Assembly: GCA_951406725.2 (NCBI GenBank)
Contig: OX597814.1
Location: forward strand, 14,446,001 to 14,510,000
DNA from: Octopus vulgaris
Lineage: Eukaryota
Length of the DNA: 64,000 bases
Direction of reading: 5' to 3'
The position numbers and the translations under genes are program-made. The stretch's first letter is position 1. Each line of letters starts with the position of its first letter. Under the pieces are notes generated by a model, which saw only the letters and a list, made by a program, of their open reading frames with translations, had not been told where the DNA came from and ran no database searches. Positions 38,793-54,115 of the stretch are shown here, in pieces.

Positions 38793-41700
38793 ATTCAAAA
38801 CTATGTCCGTCTTTCTTTTTCTCAAGACGTAGAGTGATATTTTCGAGTAATATCATTGCTGTTTCTAATGAGTCGAAAATCGGCATACAATGATGGAAAA
38901 CGAAATACGTAAGGTCCAATATTGACTAGCATAAGCAACATAGTAGTTTTAAGTGAGGAATACAGCTGGATATAGACGCATATCTTATGATGTAGAAACT
39001 CGGCATCCATGTATCGTTTCTAACACGTAATAAGTTTAGACAATGACTGCTGTTTGAAAATGTGTTGTATGCCCCCAGCGGAGAGAAGAAATTATATAAG
39101 TAGGAAAAAAAAAAGATGTAGAGAAAATGGGTGGTATCTGATCGCGTACAGCTGGACATTCAAACGTAGATGATAAAGACGATTGGCATGCAGAAGAGCG
39201 TAAAACATGCCATCATAGAAGAGAAACATTTATGATGATGATGTTGATGATGATAATGATGATGATGATGATGATGATGGCGACGACGACGACGATGAAG
39301 ATAATTGATATCTGTTCGTACATTTACAAATATACATTAATATATAACCACATACGAACACATACACACACTCATATATACATATACACACGCACATACA
39401 TGCATGTGTGTGTATGTGTGTGTGTGTGTGTGTGCGTGCGTTTCGCAAACACGCAAACACACATATATCTAAGTATATATTCATAATATATATGACTGAA
39501 AGAGATGTTATTCATTGAAATTTCTGTGAAATATTCCGTTCTGTGATTACTAATACGTAAATATAACCATAGGGATGTGACACTTGTCAGATCCGGCTTG
39601 AAGACATTGGTTTTTACGCCTTAAATTTATTTACAAAAATGTCACTACTTATAGCGATAAACAGCAGGAGAATACTGACTACAACGAAGCTTTTCATACA
39701 GATTTTAAATATAGTTCAAGGCTTTTAAAGTTTCTTCGGGACCAGTATATATGTACGTATTCGTGTATGTATGCATGTGTATATTATATGCATGTGGATT
39801 TGCAATTCTTAGTATATGCATTTCCTTGTGTGTGTGTGTGTTTTTTTTCTTTTTTTGTAAAATTTTAAAACTTAAATGTTTCGCTATTAGCCCAGAAGAT
39901 AAGAAAGTGTTCTTGCGTTAGAAAGAAATTTAGTAGGTCTACTCTTGCCCTTGGTCCTGTGTATATATAAAGAGGTAAACACACATCATATCGGATATCA
40001 GCCTGTTCCAAATATGATATCCATATCGTAGTACAAAGATGTAGTTTCTTGCCATTTTTGTTCTTATTGCGCGGTCAAACCTGACTGAGGAGATCAATGA
40101 CTAGATATATCGAATCCTGACCATTCCACCGTTTCGGTGATGTAATATTATATCGTCCAATGTGTTCTATCCTTTCCCAGGACAGCACTGTGTGATTTTG
40201 AAGGAGAATTGGCTTCTATTTATATTGGGATGTTTCGATAGAGACAAGTTAGTTATTTATTTCCAGCAGGGGAAACTGACGCAAAGAGGATTTTATTTAT
40301 TTATTTAGCCTCATACTTTGGTTGTTTCCCGTTATTTCCTTATCTGTTAATTTATATGAAAGATAATGGGTGTACAGCATTTTTCGTGCTCTTAGTTTCA
40401 TAAGAATATAAACGAGTCAATACGACGCATTAATGATTCTAACACATTAATCCCTGATATCAATATAATCAAGTGAACTAACATGAGAGCAACTATACTG
40501 AAAGACAAAACGTGAGAAAACGGATTATGTTACTCATCAGTATGTGTCTTAGTGTCTCCAATGAATCAAATAGCTAATACCATCAATTGAGTTTAATAAT
40601 TTCCATTGAGGCTGTTGTTGTTTGATAGAGATATCATAACTTTTGACAAAAGTCTTTTATTAATGTGACTGTTCATGTCTTGATTTAAATTCCCGCAGAA
40701 TTCTATTAAGCCGTGCGAGTTAATGAAATTAAGAACGTGCATATTAATATATATACGATTCATCAATATAAAAAAAAATGAGAATGTCACTTTATATAGT
40801 ATAGTCTCACGTAGCGTTAGACAATACGGGAAATCCTTTAGGTTACATTTCTTCCAAGTGTTGTTTTGAGGATAAGCAATACCAGCGACATAGCTTTTAC
40901 GAATCGTAGCTTTTACGGAATTGAAGCCAAATCATTTTTTATTCACACCTTGTCATCTTTAAAAAGGAAATATGAGTCATGAAACACGTAGAATGTTTTT
41001 AGCCTTACTTTCTGAGGATTAAGTGTCTTTGTTCTTAAGTCTTCTGTATTTAAGAAATTGAGGATTATCAGAACAAGTGATAAATGATCGGGAAGACATT
41101 GCCTCTATGTTGTGTTAAGTAAATTTTGTGGAGCTATGTGTATATTTCTAGAGGACCGTGGCAGTTTTCTGCAGCTGTGCTGCATTACAATTGTCGCTGT
41201 CTCTAATTATGAAAAAGAGGATAAGCTACATCCCTAGGTGAATAGTATCCGACAGCTGAATATCTTTTCATAATAGATAATAACAGCAGCACATTGCAAT
41301 CAATTATCACATTCGGTATACTAGAGATTCATAGATTGACAAGCCGTTTAGTACATGAACTGTTGGATGGAAACAAGGGCAAGATTGGGTAAAGCTGGGT
41401 TTTCTAGGTGAGAAATAGTTTAAAGTTGTCTAAATTACCAGAGTATCTTTGAGCCATAAGTATTTCTACATGTATACATATATATGTATGACTACAACAT
41501 ATGGAATATAACGGCGTGAACAAAATATTTAGAACGAGTTATTAATGATGTATCTTGTGTAACACGCTGTGAGAATACTGTAGTGTAAAAGGAATATAAA
41601 TTTTATAGAAAATATCAGACAAAGTATTCAACACAATGTTTTCTTCTAAGCGGAAAGCTGCGGTATAACTAATACAAAAGTTGGAAACAATATTTCCTTG

Positions 41701-42150
41701 GAATACTTGTTTTCACTAAGATACATGCTAATAATGAAGATGTAATTAAACCTATTTTGAGAATAACCAATGTGTTAAATAAGAAACTAATTACTCACAG
41801 TGAATTAATTAAAATTGTATTGATACCTGCAGCTGCAGAAATATATCCAGAAAAACAGATTTATTCAATAATATTAGTCTTTCAGCTCAATTGCTATTTA
41901 GGGGAGGCGAAGAAATAGATAGGAGGCAACATCCTGCGCCAGTTATTAAGGAATGTTATTTTCATTTGCATGTTTCCGGATCTTGAGTTGACAGATGTTT
42001 CTGACAATTCGGTGTTGCTATTGTTCGGTCGGGAAATTAATGCTAACTTCTGAAGAAATACCGGTGAAAACCACTTTTCAAAGGTGGGGAAGAGGAAACA
42101 TTTATTAAATACAATCGGGTTTGGAAATGTCAAAAATGTATTAGCGCTGC

Positions 42151-42556
42151 AGTTGGTAAAATATGAAGTGTAGAGGAAAGTTTTGTTGGACATGTCTACA
42201 AAATCTGTGGCAGTATGCTGTGTACAAAACGTGTAGTGTTTTATTGCTTTATTTCATTGCATCAGTCATCAGCAGGCACTTGCTAGAAACATTTAGATCT
42301 GTTATGTGTATTAGAACCAGTCATGAAAAAAAAAGAAAAAAAAACAATGAATCTGTTGTTGGTAAGATATGTAGTGTAGAGAAAGGCTTTCTTGAACAAC
42401 TCTACAAAATTTGTGGCAACATGAGATATACAAAACGCATAGTGTTTCATTACTTTTATGTCATCACACTATTCATCAGTAGACACTTGCTAGAAACATT
42501 TGGCTCTGTCATGTACATTAGAACAAGTTATAAAAATAATGAATTATATTCAGTTG
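42151..42556. repeat. Diverged tandem duplication of a ~205-bp unit
   Basis: GTTGGTAA.ATATG.AGTGTAGAG...CACTTGCTAGAAACATTT...ATTAGAAC occurs twice. Confidence 0.8.
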
Positions 42557-42984
42557 TATGCCTCCAATCATCGCCTTTGCAACATGCTCAACCACAAGTT
42601 GCTAATGGTGAGAATTTGGGGTGAGCAAGATTCTTAGCTAAATTAAGAACGCATCTTTGCGAGCTCAGTGTCAATCTGATATTATAGTCGACACTTATTC
42701 AGCAGTGAATGGTTTTGAGCACAAATAAACCATTTTTGTTTTTATTTCCCCTAAAAGAAATTATGACTATTTTCTTTGCCCTAAAAAATATAATGAAGTA
42801 GCAAATTGGTCTATTTCGTTTCAAATCTTCTAAGATCATGTTCATTACTTCATAGTTAGAATTTTAATGATATTTTACATAAGTTTCATGCTTTTGCCTG
42901 GGCTATCACGGTTGTTCTTTCAGATCTTCAACTAGAATTTCTTGAAGATAGAACATACTGATTTCACATTCCAGCACATGGCCA

Positions 42985-43166
42985 GTAATTTCAGTGGAGG
43001 GGGTTAATAGACTCCATCGATCCCAGTGCTCTACTGCTTCTTATTTTATAGAGCCCGAAAGAATGAAATGTAAAGTCAACCTCGGCGGAATTTGAACTCT
43101 GAACATAAAGACAGAGGAAATTATGCCTTGCATTTTCTCCGGCACGAAACGATTCTGCCAGCTCAC
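42985..43166 (-). mobile_element. SINE family A related copy, diverged
   Basis: AAAGTCAACCTCGGCGGAATTTGAACTC...GATTCTGCCAGCTC. Confidence 0.8.
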
Positions 43167-43590
43167 TCCTTTTGAACACATGACATATTAAAAGATGTAC
43201 ACTAGAGGGAAACTGATTGCTTTGCTTATAATCTCAGCCTGAGATGTATACTTTCAAATCCTTTATCCAGAGATGACTACCATATTTCACAATACATATT
43301 TTTTTGTGATGAAATTTTATCAGAACAATAAATTAAATTTCTGCATGTGTAAGGGTTAACTGATCGCCAATTGCTGAAATTTTTATTATGGGAACAGCGA
43401 TTTGATAATCTCTTGTGATAATCACACACCAAAGGATTATACTTTGCACAGATTGATAGCATTTGGCAATTACAATATATTCTTATAATACAAAAAAACA
43501 ATCAGAAAATGTTATGGAAGCATTGTTTTCATTGCCCTAGGTGGTAATTGTAAATATTATCTTTTTCATGGCTTGCACAATAAAACGAAT

Positions 43591-43683
43591 CCACTACGCC
43601 ATATGCCCGTAGGCATAAGGCGTAGTGGTTAAGAGCGCGGGATACTAACCCCAAGATTCCGAGTTCGATTCCAGACAGTGACT

Positions 43684-43729
<46 letters not shown>

Positions 43730-43885
43730 TAATAACAAAAACATCGAAAACTACTTTAGGAATGAGAATCCAGGTTCGAAATTTCCCCAAGACACCTGAT
43801 GAAGGCTAGAGAATATATCAGCCGAAACGTTGTGTTAACAACAAGCAATATGAGGACAAATATCTGCCAATTGTAAATAATGTGA
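43591..43885 (+). mobile_element. tRNA-headed SINE-like element with (AAT)n linker and hammerhead tail
   Basis: tRNA-like head 43612-43682 (A-box GGCGTAGTGG, B-box GAGTTCGATTCC), inverted leader 43591-43607, HHR 43791-43836. Confidence 0.8.
43791..43836 (+). ncRNA. Type I hammerhead ribozyme motif with intact core
   Basis: GACAC-CTGATGA-A-GGCT(12-nt loop)AGCC-GAAA-CG-TT-GTGTT. The ACGT palindrome suggests a dimeric stem III. Confidence 0.8.
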
Positions 43886-44959
43886 TATCCAAATCTTGCT
43901 TAACTCCAAAAATAGGTATTTATGAATTCTGATAGGCGAAGGTTACACAGCTGTCGGTATGATACCAATGAGCACTACATTCAATCTTGTAAGTATTCCG
44001 TGACTACAGATGGCCCTCTTGTAACCATGTACGCATTGGAGCATCAGGCAGTAATTATGCTCAAGCTATAAGAAACACTTCCCAATGTTACACAAGTTAT
44101 GTGCTGGAAGGTTTTTTTGTTGAATATTCTGACAAGCAGTGAGATTTAGTGATATAGGATAAATTGGATTGAAACTATTTATCTCCCTTTTTTTACAGTT
44201 CTCTGCTCTTGACTCTGTATATGTAGATACATATGCCATACATAAATGTGTGTGTGTGTGTATGCGTGCATGCTTGCGAGCACATGTGTGTGTGTGTGTG
44301 TGTGTGCACGTCGGTTGCCAGTTCCAGCGCAATTTTGTGTGTGTCTGCGAATTATGCGTTTCTTATGATATGATCTCTGCGGTAGCCCACTGTTTTCTGA
44401 ATATGGAAGTGAAGAAGTCCCACGAAGCACGGCTAAACGGTGGGAGAACCCTGAGTAACAATGCATTGAATTCCAAACTTAAATAAATGTACGTTCATTA
44501 TATGCTTAGCAATTTACTTTTCAGCTCGGAACATGTAACATTAGTTTTATGATGGGCGCTATATCGGAATATATGCGATAACAAACTAAAATTCTACGCT
44601 GGAGACATTCAAACATTCGACGCCATAAAACTCGTGTGATGCAGGAGATATACTCATGGTTTTGTTACTGCTATGCTGATCTAAATCTTGTTGGCTTTTC
44701 AGCAGTCCGTAATTCTCGTCAGTGTTTACTTAGCTTTACTCACATGCTGGTTCGAATAACCATCTTATGATATTTATAGTAAAACGCATCTTGATTGCTA
44801 TAATGAGAAATATTTTGTCAATTGGTGTTAATTTCCATCACTTATGTGGTATAGATAAATAAAAATATAAATCTTATATATACACAGAAGCACAAACACA
44901 CACACACATATATATGCATATAGTTATATATACACAAAATTCTATGCATGTAGACATAC

Positions 44960-45342
44960 GTGTCTGTGGAGTGCTCAGCCACTTACAGGTTACTTTCACG
45001 AGTAGGCTGTTCCGTTGATTGGATCACCAAGAACCCTCGTCGTCGTAACCGACAGAGTGCCGATACATATATACTAACTACTAACGTAGTTCTCGGGTAG
45101 ATTCAGAGTGACGGAGAGTGTGACAAGGCTGGCCCTTTGAAATACAGTTCAACAGATACAGGAAGAAACAGTCAGAGAAAGTTGTGGTGAAAGCGTACAG
45201 CAGGGTTCGCCACCACCCCCTGCCGGAGTTTCGTGGAGCTTCAAATGTTTTCTCTCAATAAAGACTCACAACGCCCAGTCTGGGACTCAAAACCACGTTC
45301 CTATGACTGCAAGTCGGCTGCCCTAACCCATAGGCCATTGCG

Positions 45343-45346
<4 letters not shown>
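44960..45346 (-). mobile_element. tRNA-derived SINE(s)
   Basis: Minus-strand head GAGGCGCAATGGCCTATGGGTTAGGGCAGCCGAC. Body shared with 49310-49545. Confidence 0.7.
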
Positions 45347-45424
<78 letters not shown>

Positions 45425-45464
45425 TACATGGGAATTATGTGTGTGTATGTATGTGAGTGTGTGT

Positions 45465-45536
<72 letters not shown>

Positions 45537-45833
45537 GTGTTTGAAAATCTTTTTATCGATGCAAGTGGGTAGTTGTGCAAATTATGAAAGCTGATGTTAA
45601 TAAATATAGATAAAGAGAGATGTTACTGGATTCACTTATTGAATAATCGTATATTTAGTGAAATATTGATTACCTTTCCATATATAAGGGGACACAATTA
45701 AAGATTTTGAAGAAATGTATTGTTACTAAACTAGATATCGAAATTGTCTTTTAAACTTAATAATTAGTTAAAATTTAACCAAAATGAAAACTGCATTTCA
45801 ATAATTAATGCAACTAGATGTCATTAAATATAA

Positions 45834-46726
45834 TAGTTGTTGTGTAATGCCAAACGCTTTGCAATATTTTGGTAACTGATTTGTTTTATTAGTCAAGTCA
45901 ATAACAAAACGAGCCTAGCATTCAAAGTAGATGCCATCATTTTGCACTATCTGGAACCACATTTGATCCCACTCTGATTCCAGTTCTAGTCCTTCGAGGC
46001 GAAGAACTCATTCACTGAAACTTCCACTTGCTCTTGGATGCTGAAACATCGCATGCGAGGATGTGAAATATAGATCGGAGCAAGTAATAATCTGAAGAAT
46101 CAAGTCCAGACTCACTTCTGGATATCACCGGTTCAGTTCCCTCAGATTTTTGGAGTGTATTCCAGATCGATCGAGCGCTAGGAGTTCTTGCGTTGTCTTC
46201 CTGCAAAATAAGTTTGCTTTCTCTTAATCAATGCCAGATATTTTGCCGCACAACGACATACATTTGGAATAATGTTCGGAATACAGGCTGGCATCAATGG
46301 TTCAATAGGCCATAACGAACTCGAAGTAAATTATCCCCTCGTACTTCCAGCAGTTGCATACTATCACTTTCATGTTCGAAACGTCCATGTTTGGTGACAG
46401 GTTCCGTGAGTTTTTACCACTGCTTCTGCACGCTGGAATTGCGGGAAAAATAGCTCCCTCAGATTATTACTTGTTCCGAATCATGGCTCACGTCCTGCGC
46501 CCGCGACGCTTCATCAACCAGAATGAGATGGAAATTTCATTAAAGGAGTTCTCCTCGAAGGACAAAAATGGGTATCAGTATGGGATCAAAGAACTGGCAG
46601 AAAGATGCCTTCTGACAATGCATCACGATGGCCTCTATATAGAATGTTTGGCTGTTTTTCTTGTAACATGACGAATAAAGCAAATATGTTACCAAAATAT
46701 TGCAAAGCATTTGATTCAACACGATA
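45834..46726. mobile_element. Mariner derivative made of two inverted 3' halves
   Basis: Minus-strand QEDNART...LDSSDYYLLRS and plus-strand IAPSDYYLFR...HDGLYIE. The same 3' terminal sequence is at both ends. Confidence 0.85.
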
Positions 46727-48720
46727 TTTATTTTTAGTGCACAACTTTGAATTGATTATACCCTGTACAGACATAAGTAAAAATGCATATCAGCTATTAA
46801 ATCCAAAAAAATCTATGTCAGCTATGAAACCAAATTAAAAATTTTTTCAGAGATAAATTTCTTTCTTATCGATTTCTGTCATAAGTTATAATTTAAATTA
46901 ACTCCACCATTTATGTAACCATCTTTATTTCAGACAGACTTAAATATTTTAGTACATGACAAATAGGGCATCCACAAATTTTTTTGTATAGTTTACATCC
47001 TCATTTCATAGCCAATTCTTTACATTAAGATAGATACACCGCTGTCAAAAATGAATTATAGATTCTTTTAGAACATATAAATCTTTTTATTGGTAATTAT
47101 ATTTCTTCTATTCATTTAGGAACTTTTTTATTCGGGAATATTTCTTGTAACCACAAATCTGAAAACCTACATAGATGATGAATGTCTAAGCCTGCGACAG
47201 TTTCTTTTGCGGTCGAATAAACGATAATTGACTTGGCAAATATTTCTGTTCATATGTAGCTTTAGTGAAATTTATTGAATTGATTCCACGCAGTAGAGAA
47301 GAGAAGAAAAATCATTAGTCATATTCTTGCATAAAGATAGTTGAAGCAAAATGTCCTCCAAATAAGATTTACTTTTGATTTCATTAATTTTTATAGTTGT
47401 TACTTTTTAAAATAATTCTATAGTTTCTAGGCTAGCAAATTCGAGAGGAGGGAAGGAGGCGATTCAATACTAAGAAACCCTGTACCAAACTGGTTGTTTA
47501 ATTTAAATATGCCGTAGAGGTGATATGCTGTAGAGGCAAAGTTGATATCAATAGGAATTAAACTGAGATAATGAAGAGACGTAACTTTGTATCCGCAAAG
47601 CATTTTGACCGACAAAATGAAAACAGGGTTTGAGTTAGGCTTCTAAATAAATAGTTATGTGCCAAACAAACTATTTTCAAATTATATTAATTTAAAACAG
47701 ATAAAACATGTCGTTTCCTGCGTTTGAATGTTTAAATTTAAGATAAACTAACCAAAAAAATGTGTGAGGCTTCGATGAAATATCAGCCTCAACTGGATAT
47801 TCATTTGGATTTATGATCACTTAGCTGAGTGGATGGCAGTAATATTTAGTATTTAACAAACTCTAATAGAACTGGAATGCTTAAGCATGCTAAGAAAGCT
47901 AGACTAAAGATAAGGAAAAATTATGAAAAGAAAAAGATAAAAATAAATCCTTTATAAATATTTTGCTCCATTGTTCTTTATTTTGGCGTTGTTTATCCAG
48001 AGATCAGCTCTAATCAAGCTGACATATGATGATTAGTGTTTTAGCTATTACCAGTCTACAGTATTGTATATATAGAACTACACCTTTTTCAAGGAATGGG
48101 AGGTTTTTTTCTGAGAGATTTGGCTGTTATTTCTTGCAGTTCGAACGACAAGTTATATGTCCTCTTCTTAACTCAAGGACTCCATTTAAGTTAAAATGAG
48201 ACGAGGAATTAATCACAGGTACGTTTTATCAATGAACATATTGTTGCAAAAACACTGACATATATGTAGAAAGGAACTGAACGTGTTGTTTCACACAGTA
48301 GAGATAAAATATCACTATTGTACGCATAATTTGAGAATAAATAAAGGCTTCATCGGCATGCTGAATATGAAGGGTCGTTCAGTCAGCAAGCTATCTATTG
48401 CTTACACAGCTAAGGGAATACGGAGTGGGCGAATTTTAATGCACGTACAAAAGGAATAGTTTTCCCGTCGATATATTCTGTAGAAAGCACCTTGAAACTG
48501 GGGATGGGATGAGAAGCATCAGCTATCGTAACTGGTTATCTGTTATGCATTGGTTTGGAAAGTTGTTAATCTAATACACACACATTCGCACGCACACACA
48601 CACACACACACACATACTCACACGCATACACACACGTACAGACACACATGCACAAGAGTACTCGTTTATATATATATATGTGTGTGTGCGTATATAGATG
48701 GATAGATACATACATACATG

Positions 48721-48788
<68 letters not shown>

Positions 48789-48814
48789 ATCACGTCACTT
48801 AAAAAGTACTCGAA

Positions 48815-48834
48815 TATTATTATTAAAATTATTA

Positions 48835-48901
<67 letters not shown>

Positions 48902-48917
48902 CATCATTATTATTATC

Positions 48918-48957
<40 letters not shown>

Positions 48958-48960
48958 ATA
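48815..48960. repeat. (ATT)n microsatellite adjacent to (TA)n/(CA)n
   Basis: Direct reading. Confidence 0.95.
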
Positions 48961-50648
48961 TTCATTGTCTTCCCATGAATGGTGATCGAGAAGTTCTATA
49001 GGTAGAAGTAAAGATTTCATATTCTGTTTCTAAGAAATCGTATACTCCGAAATAAAATAACCGATATGCTCTCTCTTGAGGACTGTTGGATCTCATCTTT
49101 AAGAAATTGCTTGCGTTTGGTATTACTTGTAGCCCCGAGATATGACGTAAATAACCTTCGTTAGCTCAAGGATTTGACATCTCTATTTATAACAAGATAA
49201 GTTAAATGCGGGTATATCGTACGAAACATTAGAATGGATAAATACGTTTTAATGTGCACCAATCAATATGCTTATTGTATACACCTACATATTCATGCAC
49301 GATTATTTTAATGAGCCACGTGAATAAACACTCACCTAGCTCCTCTTGAAAGCAACGTGCAAGTGAAATTAACGTAGTTCTGAGGGAGATTCAGCGTGAC
49401 AAAGAATGTTACAAGGCTGGGCCTTTGAAATACAGGTTCTACATTTTTTTTTTAAAGTGAGTGGACTAGAGCAACATGAAATAATGTGCCTTGCTCAAGG
49501 ATTGTAAGCCGAATAATCCAAACAATGAGCCACGATCCTTCACATATATCCACGACCACTACAATATACATTCATTCAAATATCTTAAACATTTCGAAAT
49601 ATATTTTCTCATTTTAACATGCCTATTTTTGTCCAGTCTATCACCCATCTGTATCAACTCTAGGATTTAGATCCTATACTTTTCCAAGAAAGCCTATGTT
49701 GCATTAGATTTTTTCGATTTTTTATTATTTTTTTCTCTCTAACATTAAAACTACCTACAACAATCAACCCTGATTATTCTCACTTGCACTTACTTAGTTA
49801 CACACAAGCACTTGTTGAGATCTTTGCATTTTAACTTTGTAACTTCAAGTTTTGTTTTAAATTATATAAAAGAGAATTAATGATTTGGCTTCACAACCAA
49901 ATTTGCTTCAATACTGGATTCTGTTATCCTGTGAATAATTGATGACGCATTTCACTAAATTACCATTCGTAATGGATATACTTACGTATATATTAAGCTA
50001 TACGCTTTTTCCAATATACTGTTCAAAACCTACCAATCTTGACTTTAAATTCTACTGATAAATGTCCGTTTCTGACCGCTCTGCACTTCCAAGCATACAT
50101 CAATTTTGTTTTTAATTGTTTTTTTCTGTTTTTGTAATTCTTTAAGAGCCAATCACATTCCCTACTCATATATATATAAACATACATAAATTTACGAACC
50201 TATAAGAAGGAAGACATTTGAAATTTGAGTCCACAGCCACATATTTACAATTTGCTTCCAGTATGCTACACATCTATATCACCGATTCACAAAAGAAGTA
50301 TGCAACATATACACAGACATGTGCATAAATACCTCCCCCGAAATATCTCAAAATACTAAATATTTTTTATGCTAAGTCGCAAATTAAAAAAGGAAAGAAA
50401 CTAAAAATACGATACTAAAAAATTAAACAACTACTTTTACAGAAATACACCAGACATGAAGACTATAAAACATACGAAGTTTCCTAATGCTATATCATTC
50501 CAAAAATTCCCAGTGGAAATCAATATGAGGCATTGAACCGTGTAAAATTCCTATTCTACAATTCAATAGTATTGTGTTCGCATTATCTTAGAGGTAGTAG
50601 TATAAGTTTAACATGTAACATTTAGTAGAAGGCAAAATATAATATCAG

Positions 50649-50781
<133 letters not shown>

Positions 50782-52516
50782 TTGCATATACTTTGCATAT
50801 AGGTATGAATGATTAATGAAAAACATCCTCTTGGGGATCTTTTCTGTCTTTGGATTGCGGTCAGGCTGAAATACTGCGTATTAGTTTTTTAGAAGATCAT
50901 ATCATCGCGTCTAGTGCCTCAATCGTGACTTCGCTAGAGGAGATTCGAAATCTACTGAGACAAAATATTTTAAATTTGTTTCTAAAGTATTAGTCTCACC
51001 AATGTGAACTATACACCTTCTTTCATTATAGATTCATAAACTTAAGAGCATTGTACTTCATGCGGCGATTTATGATATGATCTGAGGATATATTTTTTAC
51101 ATCTGTATCGTTGCATATTCTGTGTATAATTTCAAAAAGGAGGGAAGGGAGGGAGGAGAAAGAATTCGATTTTTCTATCATATGTTTCTTCCCCTCTAAT
51201 AAAGATCATACATCTATAGAACATTTATACATGTCTTACATGTTAAATTTTTTAAAACTAAATTGCGACAATTTAAAATTGTGGTCTGAGCTGATCTTCA
51301 GCATATTGTATAAGAGGTCAAATTTAAATAAAAATAGATATATATGTAGGTATGTATAGGTATATTATATATATATATGTGTGCACGTATGTGTTTGTGT
51401 GTGCGTGTGTACGTATGTGTTTGTGTGTATGTGTGTATGTGTGTATGTGTGTATGTACGTATGTATACAGGTAACGAAATGTTTATTAATGGTTTAGAAC
51501 CGACCATTTCATAATACCGAATAAGTCATCAAAATTATAACTAGGAAGATGAATGGCATTTTCGCCTTCATAAATAAAACTTATTTTAATTCCATTTTAA
51601 AATTTATTAACCACGTCTTTAATACGAAGCACTTCATTTATAATGTAGTACCCCCAGCTATTAATCGGGTATCTACTTACATGCAGAAACATGAATACCC
51701 GCTCGCATACATACACACTCAAATGCATTGCTGCATCTATATATTATCTTATTGGGTATGCATACGTTAATAAATGCATTTGTAAATACGCACACGCGCA
51801 AACACACACACCAAAGCTACATACGTACATGCACACACACACACACACATATATATATACATATACATGCACACACGCACACACATTTACATCCACACTT
51901 ACGTCCAAACATATGTTCGCCGTTGATAAACACCGCCATCTATTTGCCGTCTATTTTCATTTGTTTCTTTTTTTCACTAATGATAAATGCGAGGCTTTCA
52001 TACAACGATCCTGTCTCCGTTGGAAAGAATGTCGTGCTTGTTATTGCTATCAGCAAAAGTGCCTGTCACCGATATTCGAAAGAAGCAATCTACCGGAGGC
52101 GTAACGAAAATACATCATTCGGTTTCGCCGTTGGCCTGCTAAGTTATGAAATAAATCACTGGCAGAAAATTGCCTTTTAAAAATCAATTTCAATTCTTCT
52201 TATTGTGCTTGATCTTGTGTTTTGCTTTTTTTTTAAATCTTGATAAAGCATCTTATTTATTGTATTTTAATAGAGAACTTACTTTGATACAATTTTTTTT
52301 GTTCAGCACACCGTGGTGTCTATGCTATTATTTACTTAAATGTCTTCAATCGCATACATAATAGTATCGTTTTTAGTTTGATCGTAATACACGGTACCTT
52401 TGCAAGTTTCGTCTTATAAGGCTTCCAATAGAACATTGCACACTGAGTGGAATTTGGTTGCAGATTAGCGTTATCTACAGATTCAAATGCGTAACTTAGA
52501 CAGACATATACATACA

Positions 52517-52589
<73 letters not shown>

Positions 52590-52690
52590 ATCAATAAATG
52601 GTGGGGTTATATATATATATATATATATGTTTGTATGTATGTATAGATGTGTATGTATGTATGTATGTATATGTATATACATATATACAT

Positions 52691-52898
52691 CTTTCAAAAT
52701 GTGACTGCGTGTGTATCGTTGGCGATTTTTTCCTCCTTCTTCCTTCTTTGAATCTTTCTTTTTCCTATGTTTCTGACGAAGTATCGAAACGTAAACCCTC
52801 CTTCTTTCCTTCTTTCCTGAGCGTCCAATAATACTATACTTGTTCCACGTCCTCGCGTTTTTGTGTTTTCTCCTTGTGTTTTCATGTTGGGATAACTA
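52691..52898 (+). mobile_element. Short PLE-type element with a collapsed HHR, between duplicated TA-rich flanks
   Basis: GTTT-CTGACGA-AGTATC-GAAA-CGT-AAAC at 52769-52796. The downstream TTCCTGAGCG..AATAC...TTCCAC.TCC.CG resembles the 15557 family. Confidence 0.6.
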
Positions 52899-53348
<450 letters not shown>

Positions 53349-53679
53349 CTAAAATTTTCACCTAAATACTTCTTCCTCGGTGAATGAGACCTGAAATTAT
53401 AAATAATATCACCATTGAATTGTAGTATTATGAAGGGATTAGAAAGGAAACATGATTGTGAAATCATAAGCAAAACCGAAACAGAAACGTAGTTATAAAT
53501 ATGTATTTCAAAACTGGTACTTAATCAGTAACGAAAAGCTGTTTTTCGCCATTAAAAATACTTGTTTACACACTCTAACAACTTTGTGTAGATATTATGT
53601 TTTGTAACAATTAGATGAAATAATTATTTGATATTAAAATAAGTTTTTCCTAGAAAATCGTTCTGTTTTTTGACATGGT

Positions 53680-54115
53680 GTATTATAAATCAGGCTTGTG
53701 CATAGAAGGAATGAATTCAAAGGGAGGTCTGTTTGGTCTGAAACTAAAATTATTTTTCGGACTGGTTTGCGGCGGAGTTGTAATGGTTGTCCTAAGAGAT
53801 TGTCTAAATGTTTCTGGCATTCCTTTTTGTATCATACCTAGAGCACCTACAATAGCAGAAACAGTTATTGTTCTATGATGTCACATCTTTCGTAATTCGT
53901 TATATTTACTTAATCGGTCAAATTCCTTTACAGATATATTTATATCAGCGAGAACGCTTACATTTATTAGTCTACATGTATTTTCTTCACAGTCTTTAAT
54001 AATTGTGTCTTGTGGATTAACTCGGATCGTTCTGTCAGTGTTGACTGGAAATTCCCAGAGGATAGTGACATTTTTACCCTCAATGACTGGCTCACGATGT
54101 TGGTCATATTGGTGA
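53680..54115 (-). mobile_element. R4/Dong-clade retrotransposon RLE-domain fragment
   Basis: Minus strand: HREPVIEGKNVTILWEFPVNTDRTIRVNPQDTIIKD...EFDRLSKY...IVGALGMI. Confidence 0.85.

Noticed and set aside
42240-42490. Minus-strand CTGATGA...GAAA in both units of the 205-bp duplication
   Set aside because: No consistent stem II or stem I, and the GAAA positions are not homologous between units.
43612-43682. Functional tRNA gene
   Set aside because: Acceptor and T stems pair poorly, and it is embedded in a repeat-like element. Treated as a SINE head.
51900-52170. CpG-richer unique segment as an exon or enhancer
   Set aside because: No motif, splice or homology evidence is available from sequence alone.
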